A stretch of 64,000 nt of DNA from an uncultured bacterium (GCA_964466715.1 CAYXOC010000003.1:11106-75105); one strand, 5' to 3'. Shown: positions 45,048-55,228, counted from the stretch's first letter. The notes: generated by a model from the letters alone, not told the origin. Translations and numbers: made by a program.

Positions 45048-46481
45048 TCACTCCTTGGCGGAACCGGGGAGAAAGACACTCCGCAGTTCGGCCCACTCTC
45101 CGGGGCTGAACGGTCGCATCGCCGACATGCCGGCGACATAGAGGGCGGCGAATAGCGCCGCGGACGACAGCGGGGAGAGACCGAGCGCCCGCACTGCCAG
45201 CAGCGATACCACGCACGCAAGGACCGGCTTCCAGACGTGCAGATGAAGCCGGATGGAGAAGAGTTGCCTGCTCGCGGCGAGCAGGAGCATCATCAACACG
45301 CACGCCTCGCTAACGGCAACGCACGCCGCGGCTCCCACAATCCCGAATCGAGCCGCGAGCAGGAGGTTGGAACAGGTCATCACCGCCAGGCCTGCGGCGG
45401 CGACGCGCACGACTACCGCCTGCTGATCGGCGGAGATCAGGATCGTGTTGAGCATGACATTGGTGAACATGAGCACCGTGGCGCCGAGCAGTATGTGCAG
45501 AGGAGTCACGGCGGGCAGGTAGTCCGTACCGAAGAGCAGTCTGATCACCCACGGGGCCATGTAGCCCGACACTATGACGATCGGGAACGAGATCATGGAC
45601 AGGTACCTCACCGTTCGAACCGACAGGCCCGCGTGGAGCCCCCGGTCAGTCACGAACAGCCGTGAGAGCCTCGGAAGAACGGCGGCCGCGACGAACGCGG
45701 GGAACATCGTCAGGCCCTCGTATATCTTGTAGCCCGCGTTGTACCATCCGACTTCCTCCGACGACCTCACGGCCCCCAGAATGACCGTGCCGATGAAGAC
45801 GTAGAGTACCGTGATCAGCGAGTACGACGCGAACGGGAGAGCATCCCTTTGCATGCGCCGGACCAGCGCCCAGTCGGCGGCAAGACGTACCTTCGCGATC
45901 CTGCTGTTGACCAGCCAGAACGAGATGGCCAGATCCGGGACTCGCGCAAGCACGAACACGATGCAGAATGGGATCAGACCGCCGACGGTATAGAGGACTG
46001 CTATACCCAGACCGAGCACCAGCGCCCTCTCGATGTAGGTCGTCAGGAGCATCAGGTCAAAGCGCTCGTGGGACTGGAAGAATGCCTGAGACGTCGACTT
46101 GAACGACCGCAGCACGATCCCGACGCCGAGGATGAACGCGGCGATCCTGGCTTGTGAGTCCCGCTGCAGCAGCCAGACCGTCAGCACCAGGAGCCCCATC
46201 GCCGCCAGGGAAAGCAGGATCTTCCAGGAGAGTATGCTGGGAAGATATCGAGCGGCGAGCCCTCTGTCGCGCGCGACGTTCCTGGCCACCAGCGTGTTCA
46301 GGCCGAGATCGACCAGCATCTCGAAGATCGAGGCTATCGCAAGCGCAAAGCTGAACTCGCCGAACGCCCTGTCGCCCAGCACGTTTGCCGCGAGCACGAC
46401 AAGCACCACCAGCAGCGCGTTGCTTGCCGCCGACAGCCCCGAGTACAGCGTGTTCCGGCCGAGCGATCGCAGGTTTTCCAA
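45048..46481 (-). CDS. second MOP-family flippase-like membrane protein
   Basis: 477 aa, about 12-14 TM helices. The N-terminus LGRNTLYSGLSAASNALLVVLVVLAANVLG is typical of Wzx/polysaccharide biosynthesis proteins. Confidence 0.75.
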   Translation of the reverse strand: MENLRSLGRNTLYSGLSAASNALLVVLVVLAANVLGDRAFGEFSFALAIASIFEMLVDLGLNTLVARNVARDRGLAARYLPSILSWKILLSLAAMGLLVLTVWLLQRDSQARIAAFILGVGIVLRSFKSTSQAFFQSHERFDLMLLTTYIERALVLGLGIAVLYTVGGLIPFCIVFVLARVPDLAISFWLVNSRIAKVRLAADWALVRRMQRDALPFASYSLITVLYVFIGTVILGAVRSSEEVGWYNAGYKIYEGLTMFPAFVAAAVLPRLSRLFVTDRGLHAGLSVRTVRYLSMISFPIVIVSGYMAPWVIRLLFGTDYLPAVTPLHILLGATVLMFTNVMLNTILISADQQAVVVRVAAAGLAVMTCSNLLLAARFGIVGAAACVAVSEACVLMMLLLAASRQLFSIRLHLHVWKPVLACVVSLLAVRALGLSPLSSAALFAALYVAGMSAMRPFSPGEWAELRSVFLPGSAKE

Positions 46482-46490
46482 AGAACGACC

Positions 46491-47663
46491 TCAGTGCGTG
46501 AGATACGGCGAGCCCTGTCGGACCCGCCGAGCCAGCTTCCCGAGGAGCAGGCGCATCATCGGCGCCCTGCCCTTCCCCGGAAGGCGAAAGAAGAAATCGC
46601 CGCCGATCCTGGCCGCGTGGAACGGCTCCGAGCAACTCCGGTTGTAGTACCGGCCATCGACCTTGCCCATGAAGCCCGCGCGATACCCGACCTCCTGAGC
46701 CGTCTTGAGCGCGGTCCGGCCGGCGACGTGCCATGGATAGCAGATGTGACAGACCTCCTTACCGGGCAGGTGCTCCTCGATGAGCCGTCTGGAGCCGAAC
46801 AACTCCGTCCAGACGGCGGATGAGTGCTCGACTTGGCTCTCGACGTGCAGGTCGTCGGCTTTGATGACGTGCCTCTGCGCGACCTCCCACAGCTTCGAAC
46901 GCCAATCGGGCGCGTCGAAGAAGCCGTCCCCATGCGCCTCCACAACCGAGACGCACTCCTCGCGGATACGCGCCGGAGGAGTGACTTGCCGCACGTCGGA
47001 GAGCCGGGGAGCGGATTCGTACAACGGCTCCCCGAGACGCGCCCGGTGCGGGAGTTCCAGGAGGTTGCAGGACCGCAGCATTCCGGGATTGACGAAGTCC
47101 ACTATCCTGGGCGACCGGGCTATGAGCGAGTGGCTGTACGAGTGCGACTGGAAGTCTACGAGGCCGCTCTCGTGCATCTCGGCAATCTCCTCCCACGTCA
47201 GCAACGGATGCTCAGACGAGTCCCGGCCAAAGACGTCCTGCGGAGCGCACTTGCCGTCCTCCAAGTCCGGGAGGTTCGGCAGATATTCCCTGCGCCGCTC
47301 GATGCGCCCGGGTATCAGGAAAACCACGATCTTGAGCCCGTACTTCCTCAGGATGGGATAGCCGATCGACCAGAGCGAGCCCCACCCGTCGTCGAATGTG
47401 AGCACGACCGCTCTCGGCGGCGGAGTCATCTCCCCGCGCATGACGGACAAGTACTCGTCCGCGGTGAGCGTGGCATAGCCGTTCTCCGCCAGGAATGCGA
47501 GACGCGGCTCGAACAGATCAGGCTCGGCGGAGTGGAAGCAAAACACGGGTATCTGCCCCGGCCGGATACCCACGCCGTAGACGAACGAAGGATAGCGCCC
47601 TCCTGCGAGATCGAGGGCGGTTGAGCTTATCTCAGCCAGGTTCTTGGCGATTCGTCCGGTCAT
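46491..47663 (-). CDS. polysaccharide deacetylase (NodB-homology, CE4-like)
   Basis: Motifs: VVLTFDDGWGSLWSIGYPILRKYGLKIVVFLIPG, and His motifs (FQSHSYSH). Confidence 0.8.
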   Translation of the reverse strand: MTGRIAKNLAEISSTALDLAGGRYPSFVYGVGIRPGQIPVFCFHSAEPDLFEPRLAFLAENGYATLTADEYLSVMRGEMTPPPRAVVLTFDDGWGSLWSIGYPILRKYGLKIVVFLIPGRIERRREYLPNLPDLEDGKCAPQDVFGRDSSEHPLLTWEEIAEMHESGLVDFQSHSYSHSLIARSPRIVDFVNPGMLRSCNLLELPHRARLGEPLYESAPRLSDVRQVTPPARIREECVSVVEAHGDGFFDAPDWRSKLWEVAQRHVIKADDLHVESQVEHSSAVWTELFGSRRLIEEHLPGKEVCHICYPWHVAGRTALKTAQEVGYRAGFMGKVDGRYYNRSCSEPFHAARIGGDFFFRLPGKGRAPMMRLLLGKLARRVRQGSPYLTH

Positions 47664-47665
47664 AT

Positions 47666-48868
47666 CTACTCATCAGGCGCATTGCAGATCGAGCTGAACA
47701 ACTCTTTGTGCTGCTCCGCCACCACACGGATCGAGAAGCGCCGCCGCACCGATTCCCGGGCCTCATGCGCCAGCCTTCCCCGAAGGTCGGGCTGCTCGAT
47801 CAGCGCCATGATCGACCATGCGAGCGCATCGGCCTCGCCCGGATCGACCAGCACGCCGTTGTTGAGGTGGTCCACTATCCCAGGGATGCCCCCTACATGC
47901 GAGGCAATCGACGGCAGCCCGCACGACATCGCCTCGACCAGCGCGATGCCGAACGCCTCGTTCTCGGTCGGAAAGACGAACAGGTCGGATGCCTGCAGGT
48001 ATTCATGCACGCAGTCCACGTACCCGGTGAATGTGACCGTCGGTTCGAGGTTCAGCGACCGCACCGCATGACGGAGTTGGGGCTCGCACGACAGCGACTG
48101 GTTGCCTCCCGAGCCGACGAGCACGAGATGGGCATCTTTCGTGTTCCGAACGACGGTGTGCCATGCCCTGATGAGGTTTTCGAGGCCCTTTCCCCGGTTC
48201 AGCTTGCCGCTGTACGCCGCGATGACTCCGCTCGGCAGGCCGAGCTTGCGCCTCAAGTCGCGCTTCTCGGCAAGGGTGGCCGGCCGAAAGATCTCCGGAT
48301 CGATGCCGTTCGGGATCGGGTGGATCTTCTCCGAAGGCACTCCATGCCGGAGGAACTCCTCTACGATCGGCTCGCTGATACCGACGAACCCGTCGGCTCG
48401 TCTCAGTATCGAATTGCGAGCGGTGATCGCGGTGGCGTATGACCGCGACACCACGGCAGGCAGGCGGCTGTAGGCCATGGCGTACTTGCCGGACAGCTCC
48501 CCGAGCACCTCCGCGCGCAGCACGCACCTCTTCCGCAGCGTACTCGCCGCCAGCACCGTCGGCGCTCCCAGCACCCTGAAGCCGCAGACGTAGATCAGGT
48601 CGTACTCATCTCTGAACTGCGCCAGCGCGCGAAGCACATACGGCACCATCGCATACTTGCCCCAGCGCTTCATGCGGGTGGGCGAGACGCGATAGATCGG
48701 CGTGATGCCGACGCGATCGCGGACAGGAAGATAGGGAAAGCTCCGGCGGGTAATGACGAAGGTCGGCATGCCGAGCGCGTTCAGCTCCGCCGAAAGTAGT
48801 CTGGCATGTGTCTCTCCTCCGCCCACCACAGGGTGAAAGGTCTCCGTCAGGAGGCATATCCGTGGCAT
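47666..48868 (-). CDS. GT4-family glycosyltransferase
   Basis: MPRICLLTETFHPVVGGGETHARLL at the N-terminus and LFVFPTENEAFGIALVEAMSCGLPSI at the C-terminus. Confidence 0.85.
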   Translation of the reverse strand: MPRICLLTETFHPVVGGGETHARLLSAELNALGMPTFVITRRSFPYLPVRDRVGITPIYRVSPTRMKRWGKYAMVPYVLRALAQFRDEYDLIYVCGFRVLGAPTVLAASTLRKRCVLRAEVLGELSGKYAMAYSRLPAVVSRSYATAITARNSILRRADGFVGISEPIVEEFLRHGVPSEKIHPIPNGIDPEIFRPATLAEKRDLRRKLGLPSGVIAAYSGKLNRGKGLENLIRAWHTVVRNTKDAHLVLVGSGGNQSLSCEPQLRHAVRSLNLEPTVTFTGYVDCVHEYLQASDLFVFPTENEAFGIALVEAMSCGLPSIASHVGGIPGIVDHLNNGVLVDPGEADALAWSIMALIEQPDLRGRLAHEARESVRRRFSIRVVAEQHKELFSSICNAPDE

Positions 48869-48911
48869 GCCGCGTTCCCCGCACGTCCGGTAGGAGAAGC
48901 AGGGATATCCT

Positions 48912-50033
48912 CTATCCTCCGTTCCCTATCTCCTCATAGAGCGCTTCGAGGCTCCGAACCGTTCTGCTGATGTCGTAATCCCTGCTCGACTTCTTGGCTC
49001 CTGCCGCGAGCCGGGATGCCAGGTCGCGGTCCCTGAGGAGACGAACGACCGCATCGGCCAGCGCGTGGGGCTGCGCGGGCGGCACTATCAGGGCGCTCCT
49101 GCCGTCCTCCAGCACCTCGCCCAGGCCGTCCACGTCGGTCGAGACGATCGTGCGGCCCATCGCCAACGCCTCGAATACGGTGAGCGGAGTGCCCTCCCAT
49201 AGCGACGGGAACGCCTGGATGTCCATCATCGTCTGGACCACCGGCACGTCGTCCCTGTGACCGGCGAACACGACCTTGTCGCCGATACCGAGCGACTGCG
49301 CCTCCGACTTCAGCTCGTCGAGCTTCGGTCCGTCGCCGACGATGAGGAATCGGGCCTCAGGCGCCTCCTTCAGCACCCACGACGCGGCCTGAATCAGGTA
49401 GGTGATTCCCTTCTGCACATCTGCCCGGCCCACGGCGCCGATCACCGGGCTCTCCGGGGGTATACCCAGACGCGCCTTCTCGTCCGACACGACCTGCGCG
49501 TCCGCGGGATGGAACTCGTCCAGAGGTACCCCGAGGTAGATCAGCCTGATCTTCGACGCCGGCATTGAGCGGTTGGCGACCATGAACCTGCGCACCGATT
49601 CCGCCACCGTGAGCCCCGTGTGCGTACACGGCGCCAGGAGCCGATCGGCGAGGCGCTGGCTGAGCGGGAACTTCGGATCGACGCCGTGCTCATGCACGAT
49701 CGTCGGGACGCTGGTCATCCATCCCGCAAGCCGTCCGAAGTTGGCGGCTATCCAGCCGTGCAGGTGCAGGATATCAGGCCGCTCGGTCCGGATGACGTCC
49801 AGGAAGCTCGACAGGATGCCGGGCCTGAGCTTGGACCGGTGCAGATACTTCAGGCTTACTCCCCGCTCCTCCAGCGCCCGACTCGAGGGATCGGGCTCCT
49901 TCAGAGCGTAGAGCCGCACATCAAACCGTGTCGCGTCGTGCCTCGGGAGGACGAATGCGAAGAACCGTGATACGCCGTGAGTGGTCGAGCCCCTCACGCC
50001 GAACTTGTCGCAGATATGGATGACTTTGATCAT
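48912..50033 (-). CDS. GT4-family glycosyltransferase
   Basis: MIKVIHICDKFGVRGSTTHG at the N-terminus and IQAFPSLWEGTPLTVFEALAMGRTIVST at the C-terminus. Confidence 0.85.
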   Translation of the reverse strand: MIKVIHICDKFGVRGSTTHGVSRFFAFVLPRHDATRFDVRLYALKEPDPSSRALEERGVSLKYLHRSKLRPGILSSFLDVIRTERPDILHLHGWIAANFGRLAGWMTSVPTIVHEHGVDPKFPLSQRLADRLLAPCTHTGLTVAESVRRFMVANRSMPASKIRLIYLGVPLDEFHPADAQVVSDEKARLGIPPESPVIGAVGRADVQKGITYLIQAASWVLKEAPEARFLIVGDGPKLDELKSEAQSLGIGDKVVFAGHRDDVPVVQTMMDIQAFPSLWEGTPLTVFEALAMGRTIVSTDVDGLGEVLEDGRSALIVPPAQPHALADAVVRLLRDRDLASRLAAGAKKSSRDYDISRTVRSLEALYEEIGNGG

Positions 50034-50065
50034 AGCTTGCCGGATCGCAGACCGCAGTGGTCAGA

Positions 50066-50821
50066 CTACCTCCGCATCTTGAGAATACGAGCGGGCACAC
50101 CCACCGCGATCGCAAACTTCGGGATGCTCTTCGTGACGACGGAGCCGGCTCCGATGATGGAATCCCGGCCGATGGTCACCCCATCGATGACGGTGACATT
50201 CGCGCCCAGCCAGCAGTTGTCTTCGATCACGATGCCGCCTCTGTGCTCCATCGGCTGCCGGACCACCGGGATATCGGTCCGCTCGAAACTGTGATTCCCG
50301 CCGGCGATCAGGTAGCACATGCCGGCGATCAGGACGTTCTTCCCCAGGACGAGCTTCGACTCCGAGATCAGCATGCAGTTTCCGCTGATGTTCGTGTTGT
50401 CGCCGACCTCGATCGTGCCGCCTTTGCAGCTCAGACTGGTGCCGCGGCCGATCATGACTCCCGACCCGAGGCTGATGCCGACCTCGCAGTCGCCCTTGGC
50501 GTCGAGCACGCAGTGATCGTCGAGGATCGTCCCGTCGCCGATGGTGATCCGGTGCGGATGGCGAAAGACCAGGTCGCGGCCGAAGATGATGCCTCTTCCG
50601 GCGCGGCCAAGCATCCGGGGCAGGACCTTCTTTCGGATCAGGTAGCCGAGCGCTCCCGGCGCGGGGGACGCCAGGCCGAACGCGAGCTCGTATCCGATCA
50701 GCGAGGCGATGCCCCGCTTGCCGACGGCGGTGTCGCAGTACTTGGCGAACGCCGATGTCGTTTCGTCGGTCAGCCGTGCGTGAAACTCCGTGCGCTCGCG
50801 TTCCCCGGAATCGCCGCTCAT
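50066..50821 (-). CDS. left-handed beta-helix (hexapeptide-repeat) acetyltransferase
   Basis: ORF 50066..51007 trimmed to the ATG at 50821, which forms an ATGA overlap with the upstream epimerase stop. Hexapeptide repeats: IGDNTNISGNCMLI, IVIEDNCWLGANVTVIDGVTIGRDSIIGAGSVV. Confidence 0.8.
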   Translation of the reverse strand: MSGDSGERERTEFHARLTDETTSAFAKYCDTAVGKRGIASLIGYELAFGLASPAPGALGYLIRKKVLPRMLGRAGRGIIFGRDLVFRHPHRITIGDGTILDDHCVLDAKGDCEVGISLGSGVMIGRGTSLSCKGGTIEVGDNTNISGNCMLISESKLVLGKNVLIAGMCYLIAGGNHSFERTDIPVVRQPMEHRGGIVIEDNCWLGANVTVIDGVTIGRDSIIGAGSVVTKSIPKFAIAVGVPARILKMRR

Positions 50822-51801
50822 AGGTATCCCTGCTCTCTGTACCAGGCGGCGGTGCGCGCCACCCCTTCCGGCACATCGACCTTCGGCGCGTAGCCCAACT
50901 CGCGCCGGGCACGAGTGATATCGAACGCCCGGTCCTTGATGAAGAAGTCCACCCTCCGTCTGTACAACGGCGGCTCGATCTTCAGCAACCGGCAGATGTC
51001 CTCGCACACGCCGCTGATCATCCGGACCGGCTTCACGGGAATGTGCAGCTTCGGGACGGGCGCGCCGACTTCCTCAGCGATAGTACGCACCAACTCGTTC
51101 AGCGTTATATACCTGTCACCAGCAGTGATGTAAACTCTCCCCACCGATTCAGGGCTGTCAGCCGCCAGACGGAATGCGTCCACGAGATCGTCGATGTAGA
51201 CGAGGTGTATGGTGGTCTCACCGCTGCCCAGCATGACGAACCGCCGCCGCGCGACCGAGCGAAAGAGCTTCAGCCACCTGGTGTCGCCGGGGCCGTAGAT
51301 ACCCGCCGGGCGCACGACTGTGACCGGGAGGCCCATCTCCCGGTAGTAGTGAAGCGCCGCCTTCTCTCCCTCGCACTTGGTGATCTGGTAGATGTCGCCC
51401 GGATGGTAGGGACGGTCCTCATCGGCCGGCGGGTTGCTGATGTGGCCGAGCACTCCCACCGTGCTGCAGTGGACGAACCGCCTGACCCCGCTTCGGTGCG
51501 CGGCATCGAGCAGGTTCACCGTGCCGGTGGTGTTCGTCTCCCAGTAGGCGCTGTCCGGCAGACCGGCTTTCCGGAACAGAGCAGCGACGTGATAGACGAC
51601 ATCGACGCCGTTCGTCGCCTCCCAAACGGCTGCCTGGTTCGTCAGGTCGCCGGTGACGACGTGAGCGCCGGCGAGTTCGAGCTGGGAGGCGCTGCTCGTC
51701 GATCGAACGAGGAGCCGTACCTCGTGACCCTCGTCGAGGAGCCGCTTTGCCAGATGTGAGCCGGTGAAACCCGTTGCGCCGGTGACCAGCGCTCGTGCCA
51801 T
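50818..51801 (-). CDS. NAD-dependent epimerase/dehydratase (SDR)
   Basis: ORF 50818..51816 trimmed to the ATG at 51801, 4 nt after GAGGTGA (MARALVTGATGFTGSHL). Contains YQITK (YxxxK). Confidence 0.85.
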   Translation of the reverse strand: MARALVTGATGFTGSHLAKRLLDEGHEVRLLVRSTSSASQLELAGAHVVTGDLTNQAAVWEATNGVDVVYHVAALFRKAGLPDSAYWETNTTGTVNLLDAAHRSGVRRFVHCSTVGVLGHISNPPADEDRPYHPGDIYQITKCEGEKAALHYYREMGLPVTVVRPAGIYGPGDTRWLKLFRSVARRRFVMLGSGETTIHLVYIDDLVDAFRLAADSPESVGRVYITAGDRYITLNELVRTIAEEVGAPVPKLHIPVKPVRMISGVCEDICRLLKIEPPLYRRRVDFFIKDRAFDITRARRELGYAPKVDVPEGVARTAAWYREQGYL

Positions 51802-51805
51802 GTCA

Positions 51806-52942
51806 TCACCTCGCAATCCTTCTCAACACGTGGCCGAGAGTGCGCCGGTCGAGCAGCCTGTGGACCCTGAAGTGTCTCAGGTCGTGCATCAGGAGGCTGA
51901 GCGGCGCGATGCAGTCGAACCAGCAGATGGGATGCTGGTTGGCCTTGATCCTGCGGCGAATCTCGCTCGCCTGATCCGATGACCATATCTCAGGAAACGG
52001 TTTCCGGCGTATATTGCCCATCGATGCAAATGCGACCGGGCATGGATAGACCTCACCGTCGGGGTGAACGAGCGCGGTCGAGTATCCGGCCACGCAGCGG
52101 TATTTGTACAGATCGTTCGGCCGGTCGAGATAGGTGCTGAAGTTGTCCAGGTACTCGCGCGAGTGAGGGATCAGCCCGCCGGAATCCGTGGTGACCTTCC
52201 GCAGGCGCGCGGAGAAGCCGTCGGTATCGGAGCCGGACATGCTCGTCTCGGCCTCGGGCGAGTACTTGTCGACGTCGTTGATCACCGACATCGTCATGCC
52301 GTCCACCCCGTGCTCGCGCGCAAGGCCCACGATCTCATCGAGGCGATCGACGTTGCCGCGGGTGACGGTCGTGTTGATGAACACTTTGGTCGAACGGCTC
52401 GGACGCTGCTCGATCAGGTTGTCGATGGCGCGGATGGCGGAGTCGAACGCGTGGGGAGCGCCTCGGAGCGCGTTGTGCGTCTCGGCATCGGGGCCGTCCA
52501 GCGAGATGAAGAACGTGCCGATCCCCGCCTGACAGGCCCTTCTTGCCTTCTCCGCGACGATCAGGCGCGTACCGTTCGTATTCACTCCTACGGTGAGCCC
52601 CTGATCGCGGGCGTGCGACGCCAGATCGAGCAGATCGGCGCGCAGGAACGGCTCCCCGCCGGAGAGCGACAGGTGGAGCGTGCCGATGCGCGCCAGGTCC
52701 GAGACCAGCTTCATCGCCTCATCGGTATCGAGGTCGGCATGCTCCTTGGTCTGCCAGAGGTGACAGTGCCTGCATCTCAGGTTGCAGCGGTAGGTGACGT
52801 CCCAGGCCACCTTCGCCGGACCGGTCCTCGGTTCCACAGCCCCGGCCGCGAAGGCGACGAGGTTCACGGCATGTCTAAGTTTGCCCAAGATAGTCTCCCA
52901 GTCGTACCAAAGCGTCCCAGACCCGGACGCGCTCGGTATCAA
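51806..52942 (-). CDS. radical SAM/SPASM-type enzyme
   Basis: CNLRCRHC (CxxxCxxC) followed by SLSGGEPF. C-terminal Cys cluster (YRCVAGYSTALVHPDGEVYPCPV...HPICWFDC). TTG start overlapping the upstream stop (TTGA), so the start is uncertain. Confidence 0.85.
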   Translation of the reverse strand: MIPSASGSGTLWYDWETILGKLRHAVNLVAFAAGAVEPRTGPAKVAWDVTYRCNLRCRHCHLWQTKEHADLDTDEAMKLVSDLARIGTLHLSLSGGEPFLRADLLDLASHARDQGLTVGVNTNGTRLIVAEKARRACQAGIGTFFISLDGPDAETHNALRGAPHAFDSAIRAIDNLIEQRPSRSTKVFINTTVTRGNVDRLDEIVGLAREHGVDGMTMSVINDVDKYSPEAETSMSGSDTDGFSARLRKVTTDSGGLIPHSREYLDNFSTYLDRPNDLYKYRCVAGYSTALVHPDGEVYPCPVAFASMGNIRRKPFPEIWSSDQASEIRRRIKANQHPICWFDCIAPLSLLMHDLRHFRVHRLLDRRTLGHVLRRIAR

Positions 52943-53991
52943 TGCGGCAGGAGCTTGCTCAGCCAGCCGTAGTTCAGCACGCTCTCGCTGATGAACCTGC
53001 CGAGATAGTCCGTCGGTATGCCGGCAACGGTCGTTCGGATGATCCGATCGCAGGTCGCGCAGGGGATCCGGTCTTCCCCTACCCCCTTCTCAGCGAGAAG
53101 GGGAGCAGCCATCCGACGTCGGAGTTCCCTCATGCGCTCGCCGTTCCAGAGTTCCGCGATGCTCGACTCCTTGAGACTGCCGAGCGACAGCGCGCCGTAG
53201 AAGTCCTGGCAGCACGGCATCACGCTCCCGTCCCAGAAGACGGCGAGCGCGTGCCAGAGCAGCGGGCACGGGATGCGATGCGCTTTGAGCAGCCCGGACT
53301 GCTCTTTACCCACATCGACCCCACCACCCCAGTTGTGTGGGGTCCGAATTACGAACTTGTCCAGCGGGAGCCCATCGAACCGGCGCAGGAACTCGCCACG
53401 CTTCCGCATTATAACCGCCGGCGGATCATCGCCGATCTCCATCAACTCGAGCACGACGAAGGGCTTTCGGCGGGACTCGGTCTTCTTGACCTTGAGGAAG
53501 CTGATGATGTTGTCGAGCGTCTTCTCGAAGCAGGCATTGACGCGGTTCGCCTCGTACATGCGCTTGTCGTAGCCGTCGAACGAGAACGACAGGATGTCGA
53601 GCCCCGAGTCGAGCAGTTCGAGCGACTTCTCGCGGTCGAGGACGGTGCCGTTCGTGTGGATGCGCGTCTGCAGCCCGGCGGATGAGGCGTACCGGATCAT
53701 CGAGCCGATCTCCGGATGGAGCAGAGACTCGCCGCGGTGGAACAGGTTGACCTGGTGGACTGCATGATCCGGGCCGGAGATCTGATCGATAAGGTCGCGG
53801 AAGAGGTCCATATCCATGTACCCCTTCTGATCGCGGCCGAGCTTGCGGTTCAGGCAGAATCCGCATCGGAGGTTGCAATGACTGGTCGGCTCGACCCAGA
53901 TCCTGGTGGGCGAGTGCGAGCAGACTTCGTCGGTCCGTCGGTAAGCGCGATATGTGGTTGCGAGTCGCATGATGCGCTGCAGTTTGTTCAT
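52939..53991 (-). CDS. radical SAM/SPASM-type enzyme (paralogous architecture)
   Basis: CNLRCGFC motif and C-terminal Cys cluster (IPCPLLWHALAVFWDGSVMPCCQDF...IPCATCD). Confidence 0.85.
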   Translation of the reverse strand: MNKLQRIMRLATTYRAYRRTDEVCSHSPTRIWVEPTSHCNLRCGFCLNRKLGRDQKGYMDMDLFRDLIDQISGPDHAVHQVNLFHRGESLLHPEIGSMIRYASSAGLQTRIHTNGTVLDREKSLELLDSGLDILSFSFDGYDKRMYEANRVNACFEKTLDNIISFLKVKKTESRRKPFVVLELMEIGDDPPAVIMRKRGEFLRRFDGLPLDKFVIRTPHNWGGGVDVGKEQSGLLKAHRIPCPLLWHALAVFWDGSVMPCCQDFYGALSLGSLKESSIAELWNGERMRELRRRMAAPLLAEKGVGEDRIPCATCDRIIRTTVAGIPTDYLGRFISESVLNYGWLSKLLPH

Positions 53992-54055
53992 GGGAGAACA
54001 GTCGTCAATTGTCAGAGCTTATTTCAAGAGTGTTGTCGGTCGGGATCGGCGCCGG

Positions 54056-55228
54056 TCACCGGCGGCGGCGTTCGATGACGGCATAGGCGTCGAGCACCTG
54101 CTGCCGGTGAAGGTCCCAAGTCAGCGATGAGACGATCTCCTTTGCTCTCTCTGCTCTGCGGTTAGCTTCCTCGCGATCCGTCAGCGCCCTGAGAATCCCC
54201 TCCGCGAGGCCCTCCGGCGTCGTCGGCGTCAGAAATCCGGCGTCCGGGCTCAGGATCGCCGTGTGCGCCGGGATGTCGGTGGCGACGGTCGGCGTCCCCG
54301 ACTTCATGTACGTAGCCACCTTGGCCGGCGGGTTCATGCCCCGACTGCGCGGCGAGACCAGGACATCGGCGGCCGCAAGGAAATGCGGAATCTCCTCCGG
54401 CGGTCTCTTACCCACAAAGTGCACATGCCCACTCACACCCTCTATCTCGACGAGCCGCCGCATCCGGGCGATTTCCTTGTCATCGCCGCCGACCATCACG
54501 AGCGCGGCGTCCGGCTTCCGCTCGATCACGCGCCTCATGGCGCTGATAAGCAGGTCGAGTCCCTGGTAGCGCGCGAACGAGCCCGCGTAGAGGATCAGGC
54601 ACTCCCCGCACTCGCACTGGGGCGCGAGGAAGCCGTGTATGCGCTCCGCATCGGGCTCGACGTCCGCCGTGAGCGGCACGTCCGGTATGACCGCCACGTG
54701 CGCGCGAGGGTTGATCTCCCGTGCGATCTGCGCCATGTGCTCGGAGATCGTGATGACCACCGATGCCGACCGGATCGCCCATCGCTCGACGGACCGGCAC
54801 AACCGCTGTATCCCCGGGATGGACCTCAGACGGCTCTGGGCGATCTCGTAGCTGAGCACGGAATCCATGTCGTAGATGAGCGGGATCCCGAGGCGCTTGG
54901 CGATCACTCCGCCGATGATCGCTCCCTCCTCTACGCCGTGGATGCAGTCGTATCCGCGATCCCAGGCCAGCCGGAACGCACGGTCCATCAGGCCGGCGTC
55001 GAGGAGCAGTTTCGCCATCGAGAAACCGATTCCGACGGACCGCACTAGCGGCGGGCGGCGGCACCGGTACACGGTTACGCCCGGATAGTCATCGGCCGTA
55101 CCCAGAGGGTAGGTGATGACATCCACCTCGTGGCCCGCATCCGCGAGGATCCGGGTGAGCCGCAGGTTTTCCATGGGAGTCGCACGGATATCCACGAAAG
55201 GCTGGGGCGCGATAAGGGCGACCTTCAA
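54056..55228 (-). CDS. GT4-family glycosyltransferase
   Basis: TTG start (MKVALIAPQPF...). C-terminal VLVSPRSRGMNPPAKVATYMKSGTPTVAT within a GT-B fold-like sequence. Confidence 0.8.
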   Translation of the reverse strand: MKVALIAPQPFVDIRATPMENLRLTRILADAGHEVDVITYPLGTADDYPGVTVYRCRRPPLVRSVGIGFSMAKLLLDAGLMDRAFRLAWDRGYDCIHGVEEGAIIGGVIAKRLGIPLIYDMDSVLSYEIAQSRLRSIPGIQRLCRSVERWAIRSASVVITISEHMAQIAREINPRAHVAVIPDVPLTADVEPDAERIHGFLAPQCECGECLILYAGSFARYQGLDLLISAMRRVIERKPDAALVMVGGDDKEIARMRRLVEIEGVSGHVHFVGKRPPEEIPHFLAAADVLVSPRSRGMNPPAKVATYMKSGTPTVATDIPAHTAILSPDAGFLTPTTPEGLAEGILRALTDREEANRRAERAKEIVSSLTWDLHRQQVLDAYAVIERRRR

